From the human T2T-CHM13v2.0 reference genome, Homo sapiens, in assembly GCF_009914755.1 (NCBI RefSeq), contig NC_060940.1: 64,000 nt of DNA, one strand, 5' to 3'. The position numbers were made by a program, and so were the translations under genes. The notes beneath the pieces are model-generated. The model was given only the letters and a program-made list of their open reading frames with translations, was not told the DNA's origin and did no database searches. How positions within the stretch are numbered: the first letter of the stretch is position 1; every line of letters begins with the position of its first letter. Shown here one piece after another: positions 12,006 through 25,312 of the stretch.

Positions 12006-13179
12006 TATCACCTATCGCCAAGTGGTGAGACTATCGCCTATCGCCAAGCGGTAAGTACCATCGGACCCTTTTCACTTGCTATTCTGTCCTATTTTTCCTT
12101 AGAGTTCGGGGGCTAAATACTGGGCACCTGTCAGCCAGTTAAAAGTGATTAGCGCAGCCACCGGGCTAAAGACATGGGTGTCAGGCTTTCTGGGAAAGGG
12201 CTAACAACCCCCGACTCTTCAGAGTTGGGAGCGGTGGTTGGCCTGGAACCAGCTTCCGCCTTTCCAGTACTTCTGGGCTGAACCGAGGGTCGACAGAGAG
12301 GAAAGCCATTCAGCTCCGGGGTCCCAACAAGAAGTTGGTTGACCCTGCGGCCATGAGCAGAACTCTCAATGTCGCCCAAGCGAGACTAGCCCATCTATTC
12401 TATCTACCCTGACCCTTGCCTCCTGGGTCCTAACGCCTGTCAGACAAACTTCCTCTCACCTCTTGGAGTCTCTGAGGCTAGTCCCACTTCTCAAAATCAC
12501 TCCCTGTCTCTGGTGCTTTTCCAGTTTCTCCTATGAGGATGATTTCTAGTATAAACTCCAGGAGTCTACTCCCTTCTTTAGGCACCTGGGCTCACCAATC
12601 AGAAAGACATAATTTTTGCCCAAAGCCCCGTCATAGGGGGAACTCTGGAATTTTAGGATCCCTCCTTAGAAAAGCAGGCCTAACAAATGCTATTCCTGAA
12701 GCTAGGATATGGGGAGCCTCAGAAATTGTATCCTTCCTATTCATATAAGTGAGGACAAAAGGTGTCACTCTTCCAACCCTGGAGATCCCTTCCCTCCCTC
12801 AGGGTATGGCCCTCCACTTCATTTTTGAGGCACAACATCTTTATAGGACACAGGTAAGGTCCCAATACTAACAGGAGAATGCTTAGGACTCTAACAGGTT
12901 TTTGAGAATGCGTCAGTAAAGGCCACTAAATCCAATTTTTCTCAGTCTTTGTGGTCTACGAGGACAGGCAAGGGTGCAGGTTTTCGAGAATGCGTCAGTA
13001 AGGGCCACTAAATCCGGCCTTCCTCAGTCCTCCTTGTGGTCTGGGAGGAAAACTACCGTTTCTGCTGCTGCTTCGGTGAGCGCAACTATTCCAATTAGCA
13101 GGGTCCGGGGACTGCTGCAGGTTCTTGGGCAGGGGGAGAAACAAAACAAACCAAAAACACAGGCGGTTTTGTCTTTCAG

Positions 13180-14626
13180 ATGGGAAACAGGCATCAACAG
13201 GCTCACCCTTGAAATGCATCCTAAGCCACTGGGACCAATTTGACCCACAAACCCTGAAAAAGAAGCGGCTCATTTTTTTCTGCACTATGGCCTAGCCCCA
13301 ATATTCTCTCTCTGATGGGGAAAAATGGCCACCTGAGGGAAGTAGAAATTACAATACTATCCTGCAGCTTGACCTTTTCTGTAAGAAGGAAGGCAAATGG
13401 AGTGAAATACCTTATGTCCAAGCTTTCTTTTCATTGAAGGAGAATACACGAGAATACACAACTATACAGAGCTTGCAATTTACATCCCACAGGAGGACCG
13501 CTCAGCTTACCCCCCATATCCTAGCCTCCCTATAGCTCCCCCTCCTATTAATGATAATCCTCCTCTAATCTCCCCTGCCCAGAAGGAAATAAGCAAAGAA
13601 ATCTCCAAAGGACCACAAACCTCCCCAGGCTATCGGTTATGTTCCCTTCAAGCTGTAGGGGGAGGGGAATTTGGCCCAACCTGAGTACATGTCCCCTTCT
13701 CCCTCTCTGATTTAAAGCAGATCAAGGCAGACCTGGGGAAGTTTTCAGATGATCATGATAGGTACACAGATGTCCTACAGGGTCTAGGGCAAACCTTCAA
13801 CCTCGCTTGGAGAGATGTCATGCTACTGTTAGATCAAACCCTGGCCTTTAATGAAAAGAATACGGCTTTAGCTGCAGCCCGAGAGTTTGGAGATACCTGG
13901 TATCCTAGTCAAGTAAATGACAGCCGAAGAAAGGGATAAATTCCCTACTGGTCAGCCAGCCGTCCCCAGTACAGATCCCCACTGGGACCTTGATGCAGAT
14001 CATGGGGACTGGAGTCGTAAACATCTGTTGACCTGTGTTCTAGAAGGACTAAGGAGAATTAGGAAAAAGCCCATGAATTATTCAATGCTGTCCACCGTAA
14101 CTCAGGGAAAGGAAGAAAATCCTTCTGCCTTCCTTGAGCAGCTACAGGAGGCCTTAAGAAAATATACTCCCGTCGCCCAAATCACTCAAGGGTCAATTGA
14201 TCCTAAAAGGTAAGTTTATTACCCAATCGGCTGCAGATATCAGGAGAAAGCTCCAAAAGCAAGCCCTGGGCCCTGAACAAAATCTGGAGGCATTATTAAC
14301 CTGGCAACCTCGGTGTTCTATAATAGGGACAGGCCCAAAAGGAAAAGTGAGATCAGAGAAAGGCCACAGCCTTAGTCATAGCCTTCAGACAAACAAACCT
14401 TGGTGGTTCAGAGAGGACAGAAAATGGGGCAGGTCAATCACCCGGTAGGGCTTGTTATCAATGTGGTTTACAAGGACACTTTAAGAAAGATTGTCCAATG
14501 AGAAATAAGCCGCCCCCTCATCCATGTCCACTATGCTGGGGCAATCACTGGAAGGTGCACTGCCCCAGAAGACAAAGGTTCTCTGGGTCAGAAGCCCCCA
14601 ACCGGATGATCCAACAACAGGATTGA
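13180..14626 (+). pseudogene. gag: HERV9 gag, disrupted
   Basis: Capsid MHR QGKEENPSAFLEQL, zinc knuckle CYQCGLQGHFKKDC at about 14453, terminal TGA 14624-14626; several stops and frameshifts. Confidence 0.9.
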
Positions 14627-16850
14627 GGGTGCCCGGGGCAAGCGCCAGCTCATGTCATCATACTCACTGAGCCCCAGGTATGCTTAACTATTGAGTGCCA
14701 GGATTGACTTCCTCATGGACACTGGTGTGGCCTTCTCAGTGTTAATCTCCTGTCCAGATGACTGTCCTCAAGGTCCGTTACCATCCGAGGAATCCTGGGA
14801 CAGCCTGTAACCAGGTATTTCTCCCACCTCCTCAGTTGTAATTGGAAACTTTGCTCTTTTCACTTGCCTTTCTTGTTAAGCCTGAAAGTCCCACATCCTT
14901 ATTAGGGAGGGGTATATTAGCCAAAGCTGGAGCTATTATCTACATGAATATGGGGAACAAGTTACCCATCTGTTGTCCCCTACTTGAAGAGGGAATCAAC
15001 CCTGAAGTCTGGGCATTGGAAGGACAATTTGGAAGGGCAAAAAAATGCCCGCCCAGTCCAAATCAGGCTAAAAGACCCCACCACTTTTCCTTATCAAAGG
15101 CACTATCCCTTAAGGCCTAAAGCTCATAAAGGATTACAGGATACTGTTAAACATTTAAAAGCTCAAGGCTTAGTATGGAAATGCAGCAGTCCCTGAAACA
15201 CCTCAATTCTAGGAATACAGAAACTGAACGGTCAGTGGAGACTAGTGCAAGATCTTAGACTCATCAATGAGGCAGTAATTCCTCTATATCCAGTTGTACC
15301 CAACCCCTATACCCTGCTCTCTTAAATACCAGAGGAGGCAGAATGGTGCACTGTTCTGGACCTCAAGGATGCCTTCTTCTGTATTACCCTGCACACTGAC
15401 TCCCAGTTTCTCTTTGCCTTTGAGGATCCCACAGACCACACATCCCAATTTACGTGGACAGTCTTGCCCCAAGGGTTTAGGGATAGCCCTCACCTGTTTG
15501 GTCAGACACTGGCCCAAGATCTAGGACACTTCTCAAGTCCAGACACTCTGATCCTTCAGTATTTGGATGATTTACTTTTGGCTACCAGTTCAGAAGCCTC
15601 GTGCCAGCAGGCTGCTCTAGATCTCTTGAACGTTCTAGCTAATCAAAGGTACAAGGTGTCTAGGTCAAAGGCCCAGCTTTGCCTACAGCAGGTCAAATAT
15701 CCAGACCTAATCTTAGCCAGAGGGACCAGGGCCCTCAGCAAGGAATGAGGGCCCTCAGCAAGGAACAAATACAGCCTATACTGGCTTATCCTTGCCCTAA
15801 GACATTAAAACAGTTGCGGGGGTTCCTTGGAATCACGGGCTTTTGCTGACTATGGATCCCCAGATACAGCGAGATAGCCAGGCCCCTCTATACTCTAATC
15901 GAGGAGACCCAGAGAGCAAATACTCATCTAGTAGAAGGGGAACCAGAGGCAGAAATAGCCTTCAAAACCTTAAAGCAGGCCCTAGTATAAGCTCTGACTT
16001 TAAGCCTTCCCACAGAACAAAACTTCTCTTTATACATCACAGAGAGAGCAGGGATAGCTCTTGGAGTCCTTACTCAGACTTGTGGGATGACCCCACAACC
16101 AGTGGCATACCTAAGTAAGGAAATTGATGTAGTAGCAAAAGGCTGGCCTGTTTACGGGTAGTTGCGGCGGTGGCCATCTTAGTGTCAGAGGCTATCAAAA
16201 TAATACAAGGAAAGGATCTCACTGTCTGGACTACTCATGATGTAAGTGGCATACTAGGTGCCAAAGGAAGTTTATGGCTATCAGACAACCACCTGCTTAG
16301 ATACCAGGCACTACTCCTTGAGGGACCAGTGCTTCAAATACGTATGTGCGTGGCCCTCAACCCTGCCACTTTTCTCCCAGAGGATGAGGAACCAATCGAG
16401 CATGACTACCAATAAATTATAGTCCAGACTTATGTGGCCCGAGATGATCTCTTAGAAGGCCCCCTAGCTAATCCTGACCTTAACCTATATACCGATGGAA
16501 GTTCATTTGTGGAGAATGGGATACAAAGGGCAGATTATGCCATAGTTCATGATGTAACCGTACTTGAAAGTAAGCCTCTTCCCCCAGGGACCAGTGCCCA
16601 GTTAGCATAACTAGTGGCACTTACCTGAGCCTTAGAACTGGAAAAGGGAAAAAGAATAAATGTGTATACAGATAGCAAGTATGCTTATGTAATCCTACAT
16701 GCCAATGCTGCAATATGGAAAGAAAGGGAGTTCCTAACCTCTGGGGGGAACCCCCATTAAATACCACAAGGCAATTACGGAGTTTTTGCATGCAGTGCAA
16801 AAACCCAAGGAGGCGGCAGTCTTACACTGCCAAAGCCATCAAAAGGGGAA
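14627..16850 (+). pseudogene. pol: HERV9 pro-pol (protease, RT, RNase H), disrupted; integrase absent
   Basis: MDTG protease motif about 14715, LPQGFRDSPHLFG 15464, YLDD about 15559, YTDGSS about 16487, YTDSKYAY about 16665, CQSHQKG; then purine-rich sequence instead of integrase. Confidence 0.92.
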
Positions 16851-17052
16851 GGAGAGGGGAGAACAGCAGGATAAGTGGCTGGCAGAGGCAGGGAAAAACC
16901 AGCAGAAAGGGAAGAGAGGAAGAGACAGAGGGAGTCAGAGAGAAAGAAAGAAAGAGACAAAGTCAAAGAGACAGAGACAAAGAGGGAGTCAGTGAGAGAG
17001 AGAGACAAAGAAAAAGTCAAAGAGAAAGAGAGATGGAAGTAGTAAAGAAAAA
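16848..17052 (+). repeat. AG-rich low-complexity tract inside provirus
   Basis: agagacagagggagtcagagagaaag-type degenerate repeats. Confidence 0.85.
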
Positions 17053-17699
17053 ACAGTGTACCCTATTCCTTTAAAAGCCAGGGTAAAGTTAAAACCTATA
17101 ATTGATAATTGAAGGTCTTCTCTGTAACCCTGTAACACTCCAATACCACCTTGTTGTCAGTGTAAACAAGGGCGTAGCGCGAAAGCACTGAGGCCACTGA
17201 CAACCCATAGCCTTCCTATCAAAAATCCTTAACCCAGCAGGTTTCCTAACAGGGGATCTAAATCTTAATCACCATACAAAGGTCCAATCAGACATAGGAG
17301 GAACTCCCTTCAGGACAGGACGATAGATGGTTCCTCCCGGGCGATTAAGGAAAAACGACACAATGAGTATTCAGTAAATGATAAGGAAACTCTTGTAGAA
17401 ACAGAGTTAGGAAAATTGCCTAATAATTGGTCTGCTCAAACTTGCAAGCTGTTTGCACTCAGCTGAGCCTTAAAGTACTTACAGAATCAGGAAGGAGCCA
17501 TCTATACCAATTCTAAGTTAATATACACTAAACGAGGTCTTATTAATAGCAAAGAATAATTGAAATCCCAAACTTAAAAGGTTTTCAACAAAAGTAAAGT
17601 TTGCTAAAAGTTAACAGTGTAAACATATATTATCCTAACTTCTAATCTTGTGGAAATCAGACCCTATCAATACTCTTCAAAGCTCAAGTCCGTCAGCAC

Positions 17700-18367
17700 A
17701 GAGCCATACAACTAATACCCCTATTTATAGGGTTAGGAATGGCTACTGCTACAGGAACCGGAATAGCCAGTTTATCTACTTCATTATCCTACTATTACAC
17801 ACTATCAAAGGATTTCTCAGATAGTTTGCAAGAAATAACAAAATCTATCCATACTCTACAATCCCAAATAGACTCTCTGGCAATAGTGACTCTCCAAAAC
17901 CCCTGAGGCGTAGACCTCCTCACTGCTGAGAAGGGAGGACTCTGCACCTTCTTAGGAGAAGAGTGTTGTTTTTACACTAACCAGGCAGGGATAGTACGAG
18001 ATGCCGCCCAGCGTTTACAGGAAAAGGCTTCTGAAATCAGACACCACCTTTCAAACTCTTGTACCAACCTCTGGAGTTGGGCAACATGGCTTCTCCCCTT
18101 TCTAGGTCCTGTGGCAGCCATCTTGCTGTTACTCACCTTTGGGCCCTGTAATTTTAACCTTCTTGTCAAATTTGTTTCCTCTAGAATGGAGGCCATCAAG
18201 CTATAGATGGTCTTACAAATGGAACCCCAAATGAGCTCAACTAACAACTTCTACCGAGGACCCCTGGACCAACCCGCTGGCCCTTCCACTGGCCTAAAGA
18301 GTTCCCCTCTGGAGGACACTACAACTGCAGGGCCCCTTCTTCGCCCCTATCCAGCAGGAAGTAGCTA
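17700..18367 (+). pseudogene. env: HERV9 env remnant (TM subunit only)
   Basis: [41 protein letters not shown]: immunosuppressive domain plus CX6CC, membrane anchor; in-frame stops; SU missing. Confidence 0.9.
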
Positions 18368-18426
18368 GAGTGGTCATCAGCCAAATTCCCAACAGCAGTT
18401 GGGGGTATCCTGTTTAGACGGGGGAT

Positions 18427-19473
18427 TGAGAGGTGACAACGTGCTAGCAGCCCTCGCTCGCTCTCGGCGCCCCCTCGGCCACGGCGTCGGCTCTGGCTGT
18501 GCTCGAGGAGCCCTTCAGCCCACGGCTGCACTGTAGGGGCCTCCTCTCTGGGGCTGGCCGAGGCCAGAGCCGGCTCCCTCTGCTCACAGGGAGGTGTGAA
18601 GGGAGAGGTGCAGGCGGGAGCCAGCGTGGGTTCCGGGTGGGCGCAGGCTCGGCAGGCCCCGCACTTGGCGCCACCAGCCAGCGCCTGCTGGGCTTGATCG
18701 GGGGACAAGCTCCCACTGGGCTGTCGGAGTGCCCAGGCTAGGTGCCGCAAAGTCCCGCAGCCAGTGCCATTGAGAGGTGAAGCCAGCTGGGCTTCTGGGT
18801 CGGGTGGGGACCTGGAGAACTTTTCTGTCTAGCTAAAGGTTTGTAAATGTACCAATCAGCACTCTGTGTCTACCTAAAAGTTTGTAAACACACCAATCAG
18901 CACTCTGTGTCTAGCTAATGGTTTGTAAACGCACCAGTCAGCGTTCTGTGTCTAGCTAATCAGGTAGGGGACTTGGAGAACTTTTGTGTCTTGCTAAGGG
19001 ATTGTAAACGCACCAATCAGCACTCTGTGTCTAACTAAAGGTGTAAACGCACCAATCAGCGCTCTGTCAAAACGGACCAATCAGCTCTCTGTAAAATGGA
19101 CCAATCAGCTCTCTGTAAAATGGACCAATCAGCAGGCTGTGGGTGGGGCCAGATAAGGGAATAAAAGCAGGCCACCCAAGCCAGCAGCACCAACCTGCTG
19201 GGTCCCCATCCATGCTGAGGAAGCTTTGTTCTTTCGTTCTTTGCAATAAATCTTACTGCTGCTCACGCTTTGGGTCCGTGCCACCTTTAAGAGCTGTAAC
19301 ACTCACCGCAAAGGTCTGCAGCTTCACTCCTGAGGCCAGCAAGACCAGGAACCCACCAGAAGGAACTAACACCTCCAGACAGGCCGCCTTTATGAACTGT
19401 AACACTCACCGCAAAGGTTTGTAGCTTCATTCCTGAAGTCAGAGAGACCAAGAACCCACCAATTCCAGACACA
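18427..19473 (+). promoter_or_regulatory. 3' LTR12
   Basis: Preceded by PPT agacgggggat; starts tgagaggtgac, ends ccagacaca; CCAAT repeats; extra U5 repeat relative to 5' LTR. Confidence 0.93.
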
Positions 19474-19749
19474 GAACAATAGAAATTTATGAGTTCTGGT
19501 GAGGACCCTCTTTCTAGGTACAGGCTGCTGACCTCTTGTTGTATCCTTGCATGGCAGAAGGTAGAGAGAAGCAAGGTCTCTCGGAACTCTTAAAAGGGCA
19601 TTCATCCCATTCAGGAAGGCTCTGCTCTCATGATCTCATCTAATCCTAATCACCTCCTAAAGACCCCTTCCTAATACCATCACGATGGGGGGTGGGGGCC
19701 TCAAAATATATATCTGGGAGGAACACAAACAAACACGCAGTCTATAACA
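19474..19749 (-). mobile_element. MLT1A-like MaLR LTR, right part
   Basis: aacaatagaaatttat...atggcagaagg...aatcacctcctaaagacccc...cagtctataaca. Confidence 0.8.
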
Positions 19750-19765
19750 CAACTTTAAGAGGGAA

Positions 19766-20043
19766 ATGTAATCACAGCACTTTGGGAGACTGAGGGGGCA
19801 TCACTTGAGGTCAGGAGTTCAAGATCAGCCTGGCCAACATAGCGAAACCCTGTCTCTACTAAAAATACAAAAATGAGCCGGGTGTGGTGGCACACATCTA
19901 TAACCCCAGCTACTCAGCAGGCTGAGTCAGGAAAATCACTTGAACCCAGGAGGCGGAGGTTGCAGTGAGTAAGCCAAGATCGTGCCACCACATTCCATCC
20001 TCGGTGACAGAGTGAGACTCCATCTCCAAAAAAAAAAAAAAGA
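19766..20043 (+). mobile_element. Alu, 5' truncated
   Basis: Begins tgtaatcacagcactttggg, A tail. Confidence 0.93.
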
Positions 20044-20138
20044 AACATCTCAAGCCAAACAACAGCAACTTCAAGTAAAAAAAAAAAAAATTAGCATCAT
20101 ATTTAAAGTAGTAATATTTTCATTAAAGTTAGAAACAA

Positions 20139-20453
20139 GGCCAGGTGCAGTGGCTCACACCTATAATCCCAACACGCTGGGAGGCGAAGGCAGGCCAATC
20201 ACTTGATTCCAAGAGTTCAAGACCAGCCTGGACAACGCCGCCAGACGCCCTCTCTACCAAAAAAATACAAAAGTTAGATGGGTGTGGTGGTATGCACCTG
20301 TAGTCCCAGCTACTCAGGAGGCTGAGGTGGGAGAATAGCTTGAGCCCAGGAGGTCAAGGCTGCAGTGAGCTGTGACAGCACCACTGCACTCCCGTCTGGG
20401 CAACAGAGCAAGTCCCTTTCAGAAAAGAAAGAAAAAGAAAGAAAGAAAAAAAA
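20139..20453 (+). mobile_element. Alu (J-like)
   Basis: ttgagcccaggaggtcaaggctgcagtgagc diagnostic, GAAA tail. Confidence 0.93.
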
Positions 20454-20540
20454 GTGGGGGAGGACAGGGGAGGGTGTTTTGTTTTTAAACATTACTAAGC
20501 AAATTGCTATCTAGAGACCTCCTCTAGTAAAGTTATACAT

Positions 20541-20743
20541 CTAGGGGTGTGCTGGTAAATGTGTAACTACCAGCTTGGAGAAGAAAATGGCTATTTGCAG
20601 TGTTTGCCAATTTCTATAGTGTAAATACTCCCATCATGGTCAATTTCAATAATGGCCATGTTTAACAACCAGTTCACTTAAATTCCTACCAAAACAACAA
20701 TCAGCTCTCATGAACCAGTCCACGCCAGCTCCAGCATCTACAG
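20541..20743 (-). mobile_element. MER63-like hAT DNA transposon
   Basis: Terminal inverted repeats ggtgtgctgg...ccagcatc, internal gtaaatactcccatcatgg and tttaacaacc motifs. Confidence 0.65.
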
Positions 20744-20799
20744 CTTACATGTAGACAACCATGTGGAGACATATGTGCTGGTAAGAACTACTTTCCTAG

Positions 20800-21268
<469 letters not shown>

Positions 21269-22730
21269 AGAAACTTTTTATTGTAAACCCTCTAGTAAGT
21301 TGCTTGAAGTATTTTTTTTTAATTACTGAATTACTTTTTAATAAAAATTACAATTTTGAAAAATTAAACATCATTAAATTTTTATTTTTACAATATAATT
21401 ATCCTTCTCTTGACTTCATATCTTTCCTTCTTTGGGGGGTGCTTAAAATAATTCTCACTAGATTCAATAACCCCTAGCCAAAACTGGGTCAGTAAACCAA
21501 ATAAACTGAAATTAGAATGGTATTTTTTTCATTTTTTTTCCAAATAGCAAAACTGCTGTGGTTCAACTTCAAGCCATTTACCAAAACAATTACCTAAGTA
21601 ATCATTTCACCTACAACTACTTTTAGTTAAAAAAAAACAAATTAAGCCAAGTATGCAAAGCACACTCAGATATCCTCCAACAGTCCAGCATTCATGAATC
21701 TACACAGCAAAACCATTTTGCATCTCCCAGTCCTCATGGTTTCACATGGAAATCATCAGGATCTAATTAGTGACTCAGAGAAAGAAAGCAATAATAGAGT
21801 GCCGTGGCGCGCCTGCAAAATTTATAGGTCACTAAAAGTCACCCATAGCAACAAGGCTTCTTGTCTCAGGTCTGCAGTGTGTCACATGCCAGACTCCTCA
21901 GACTCAACAGGCAGCTCTGCACATCCACAATCAAGGAGCTTGTTTTCCACACTTCATGGAGACTTCCCTCTTGTCTAGTTTGACTTCCTCTCCATTTTTA
22001 GCATCAGAAACACAAGGAAATAAAATTCGTGGTTAGATTGATGTTTCTTCCCCCTGCTCTTTCATCTCCTGCTATGCCAGGAAGTAGCATTAAAGTTCTA
22101 TCATGCGGTTGCCCAACAGGACACAGGAACCCAGGACCTTCCAACCTGATGACTAGTGAGTGCAATACAGAGAGCTGGAGCTGAGGCTTAATTACACAGG
22201 AAGGAGTAGCACTGAAGTAAGATCAGGTTGCTGAATCACGAAGGAGGACATTTTGCAACATATAGATGATATATATACACTCACATTTAAAAGCATTTTT
22301 TCTTTACCATGACAAACCACTCGACAACAGGAACATAAAAATGGAGATCTAAGATGGGAAAGGGGAGATCTGTTCTCTCTGCTCTTTTCCACACCCTTCT
22401 ATATCGAAAGAATTCCCCATTTTCCCCATTATCAACACAAATCTGAAACCATTTGGTAAATATTAAGACAAGCATTAAATCTGAAGGCACTAAGATCTGG
22501 GGAGAAAAAACACATACAAGAAATTAAATTAATTTGTGACACCACAAATCCACACAGAATCCAATGGTTATATGAAACGGGCATTATTCCTTAAGACATA
22601 GATTTTCATATTTGATAATAATGACATTTGCAAAATCCTAATAGATTTCTTCAAAATGTCTGTGAGCTCTTAAGAGTTTCTGAAGTCAAGGTCAATCGAG
22701 GCAGTGAAATAGAAAATCTGAAGATTTTTC

Positions 22731-23030
22731 AGCCAGGGATGGTGGCTCGCACCTGTAATCTCAGCATTTTGGGAGGCAGAGACAGGAGGATCACCTGAGA
22801 TCAGGAGTTAGAGACCAGCCTGGTCAACATGGCGAAACCCCATCTCTACTGAAAATACAAAAATTAGCCAGGCATAGTGGCATGTGCCTGAAGTCCCAGT
22901 TACTTGGGACTCAGAAGGCTGAGGCCGGAGAATGCCTGAACCCACGAGGTAGAGGTTGCAGTGAGCCAAGATCGCACCACTGCACTCCAGCCTGGGCGAC
23001 AGAGCAAGGCTCTGTCTCAAAAAAATAAAT
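22731..23030 (+). mobile_element. Alu
   Basis: Full dimer, TSD ctgaagattttt. Confidence 0.94.
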
Positions 23031-23798
23031 GAAACACTGAAGATTTTTAAATAGTAACTTGTATTATTCATAAAATAAATAATTTTATATTAATGTACAT
23101 TAACTTATGAAAATGCAGGAGACTTAAAATCATAACTTTCAAGATGACCTAAAATGCAAACCACACAAACTAAAACTATAACTTAATGTGGCATTAAGTC
23201 AGAATGGCCAGAAGTCACAGTAACTATGAAGTGATATGAAATCAACCCGTTTCTTCTAACATATTCTTCATTCAATATTGCTGAAGAGCAAGACCATGCA
23301 ATCAAAAAATCAAATGTTACAGAAAGAAATGATACATGCTGCAACAACACACATGGTCTTCAAAAGAGAAAAAAACAGATAAAAGCATTTATCATTTTTA
23401 GAGTCTGGCACAAGAGATGCAAAACGGAAAACAAAACAGCCATGACATTCAGCAAGTATATACGACCAGATTTAAAGGCACTGTTTATTGCTCGATTCAG
23501 TTGTAAAGCTAATAAATAAATGGTTCAAGCTCCATTTAAAACCAGAGATACAGTTGCATTTTTAGCTTTCAATCTCAAGCAGTCAGACCCAGCTAAATAT
23601 TAATTATTACCACTGCAAGGGGAATGCTAGACCTCTATAAAGTCCACCTTAAGGTGAACATTAACCAAGATGGTGTTTTACATGGATTAACTGGATTACT
23701 TTAAACTGCAGGCTATTATAAGACATACTAGACAATATTTAATTGTACACAGCACAAAATCACAAATACCAATAAACAGCTATCCTCAGTAAGAGCTA

Positions 23799-24098
<300 letters not shown>

Positions 24099-24177
24099 CT
24101 AAATTAAGTTCAAAATCTTCTGTTATAATTTATGTTTGCAATAATGACATGGCCAAGGAAGAGAAAAATAGCAACCA

Positions 24178-24490
<313 letters not shown>

Positions 24491-24864
24491 ATATTTCTTT
24501 AAATTTAGCATTTCACCTATTTCCAAATCTCAACACATACGAAGTTTCCTTTACAAGAACTAATCATGTTTAATAAGTATGAAGATGTAACCTGACAAAG
24601 TTATGAAACTAAAACATCAAATTCTTTTGAATATCAGTTAATGAACAAGAGTCCAGCTTTTTACCATTCATTGGAACTTAATCAAAAAATGCATCATATA
24701 ATTAATGTTTTCTATTCCTAGGATCCCTTCTATTCTTAAAAATGGCTGGGAGTGGTATAAAATAATTTCCATTGATAACTTATGACCTTTGAGCACATTT
24801 CCGTTCCCAGGAAAGACATATTTCATACTTGAGAATCTTCATATCTGAATAACTATACAGAAAA

Positions 24865-25312
<448 letters not shown>

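Larger units (their letters stand above)
11019..19473 (+). mobile_element. HERV9 (ERV9) provirus with two LTR12-family LTRs, defective
   Basis: TG...CA LTRs at both ends, tRNA-Arg PBS, gag-pro-pol and env remnants, PPT before 3' LTR. Confidence 0.96.

Noticed and set aside
15728-15765. 20-bp tandem duplication in pol (also 10-bp at 13441)
   Set aside because: Ordinary slippage mutations in a dead provirus
13180-18367. Intact or domesticated retroviral gene (syncytin-like)
   Set aside because: Multiple stops and frameshifts, including a stop inside the immunosuppressive domain; no retroviral-frame ORF above about 100 aa
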